A DNA stretch of 64,000 bases, taken from positions 1-64,000 of the IMG/VR virus record IMGVR_UViG_3300046795_000082; one strand, written 5' to 3'. This document shows positions 63,647 through 64,000 of this stretch, one piece after another; positions within the stretch are counted from its first letter, which is position 1, and every line of letters starts with the position of its first letter. The translations under genes were made by a program, and so were the position numbers. A model generated the notes under the pieces. It saw only the letters and a list, made by a program, of their open reading frames with translations. It was not told the origin of the DNA and searched no databases. Source of the DNA: a virus. Lineage: Duplodnaviria; Caudoviricetes.

Positions 63647-63859
63647 CTAGCGTGCTCCATGGCTGGTGATGATTCTGTGGCCGAGGAGCTGGTGCGCGAG
63701 TTCGCCGACACGCGTGAGGGCGAGCACGCGCGCGGGCTCGGGATAGGGCTGCGGGCGGAGGAAGCGTGCGACCTCCGGGTCGTGCGTGGCGGGTAGGACG
63801 ACCGTCGCGGTGTCGAGTGCGGGCCGCGTTTTCCGCGTACGCCCTCTCATTTGGCTCAT
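63647..63859 (-). CDS. small hypothetical protein
   Basis: 70 aa; ATGA overlap with the upstream partial ORF. Confidence 0.45.
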   Translation of the reverse strand: MSQMRGRTRKTRPALDTATVVLPATHDPEVARFLRPQPYPEPARVLALTRVGELAHQLLGHRIITSHGAR

Positions 63860-64000
63860 TGGCGCGCGGCGGCGAGGCGCGCGAGCTGGTCTTCGCGCTC
63901 GACGAGGCGTTTATGGAGATCCACGGTTTTCTCGTCGGCGAGATAAATCAAGATTTCGTCCTCGTCGGGGATGTGGCCGGTGTCGCGGTGCGTGCGCGCG
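63856..64000 (-). CDS. 3' end of a truncated hypothetical protein
   Basis: Open minus frame ...HRDTGHIPDEDEILIYLADEKTVDLHKRLVEREDQLARLAAARQ*. Confidence 0.55.
   Translation of the reverse strand, partial: ARTHRDTGHIPDEDEILIYLADEKTVDLHKRLVEREDQLARLAAARQ

Overview
This window is most of the genome of a GC-rich (about two-thirds GC by eye), probably temperate, tailed dsDNA phage with a podovirus-like virion. Both window ends cut ORFs, so the genome continues beyond it. Two arms converge at about 30.1 kb. The + strand arm (1-30075) carries small early genes, a possible atypical lysis unit (TIM-barrel glycoside-hydrolase-like protein plus lipoprotein), an iteron/AT-rich origin beside a minus-strand AAA_25/RepA-type helicase, and regulators. 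It continues with a PD-(D/E)XK exonuclease, Sak4-like ATPase and SSB-like recombination module, then a large glycan-tailoring cluster (5 glycosyltransferases, 4 SAM methyltransferases including an NDP-sugar C-methyltransferase), a DarG/TARG1-type macrodomain, xis-int-attP, and a uracil-DNA-glycosylase::PolA fusion with a non-standard dNTP pocket. The - strand arm (30318-64000) carries terminase, fibre proteins, portal, a free-standing LAGLIDADG endonuclease, scaffold, major capsid, adaptors, a nozzle/tail protein and ejection proteins (one with an SLT domain, one with a DNA-glycosylase-like domain). The most striking unexplained features are the phage-encoded methylated-glycan pathway and a genome-wide, highly iterated palindrome CACGCGTG (29 copies found by eye). 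Family assignments come from motif recognition only; no database searches were run.
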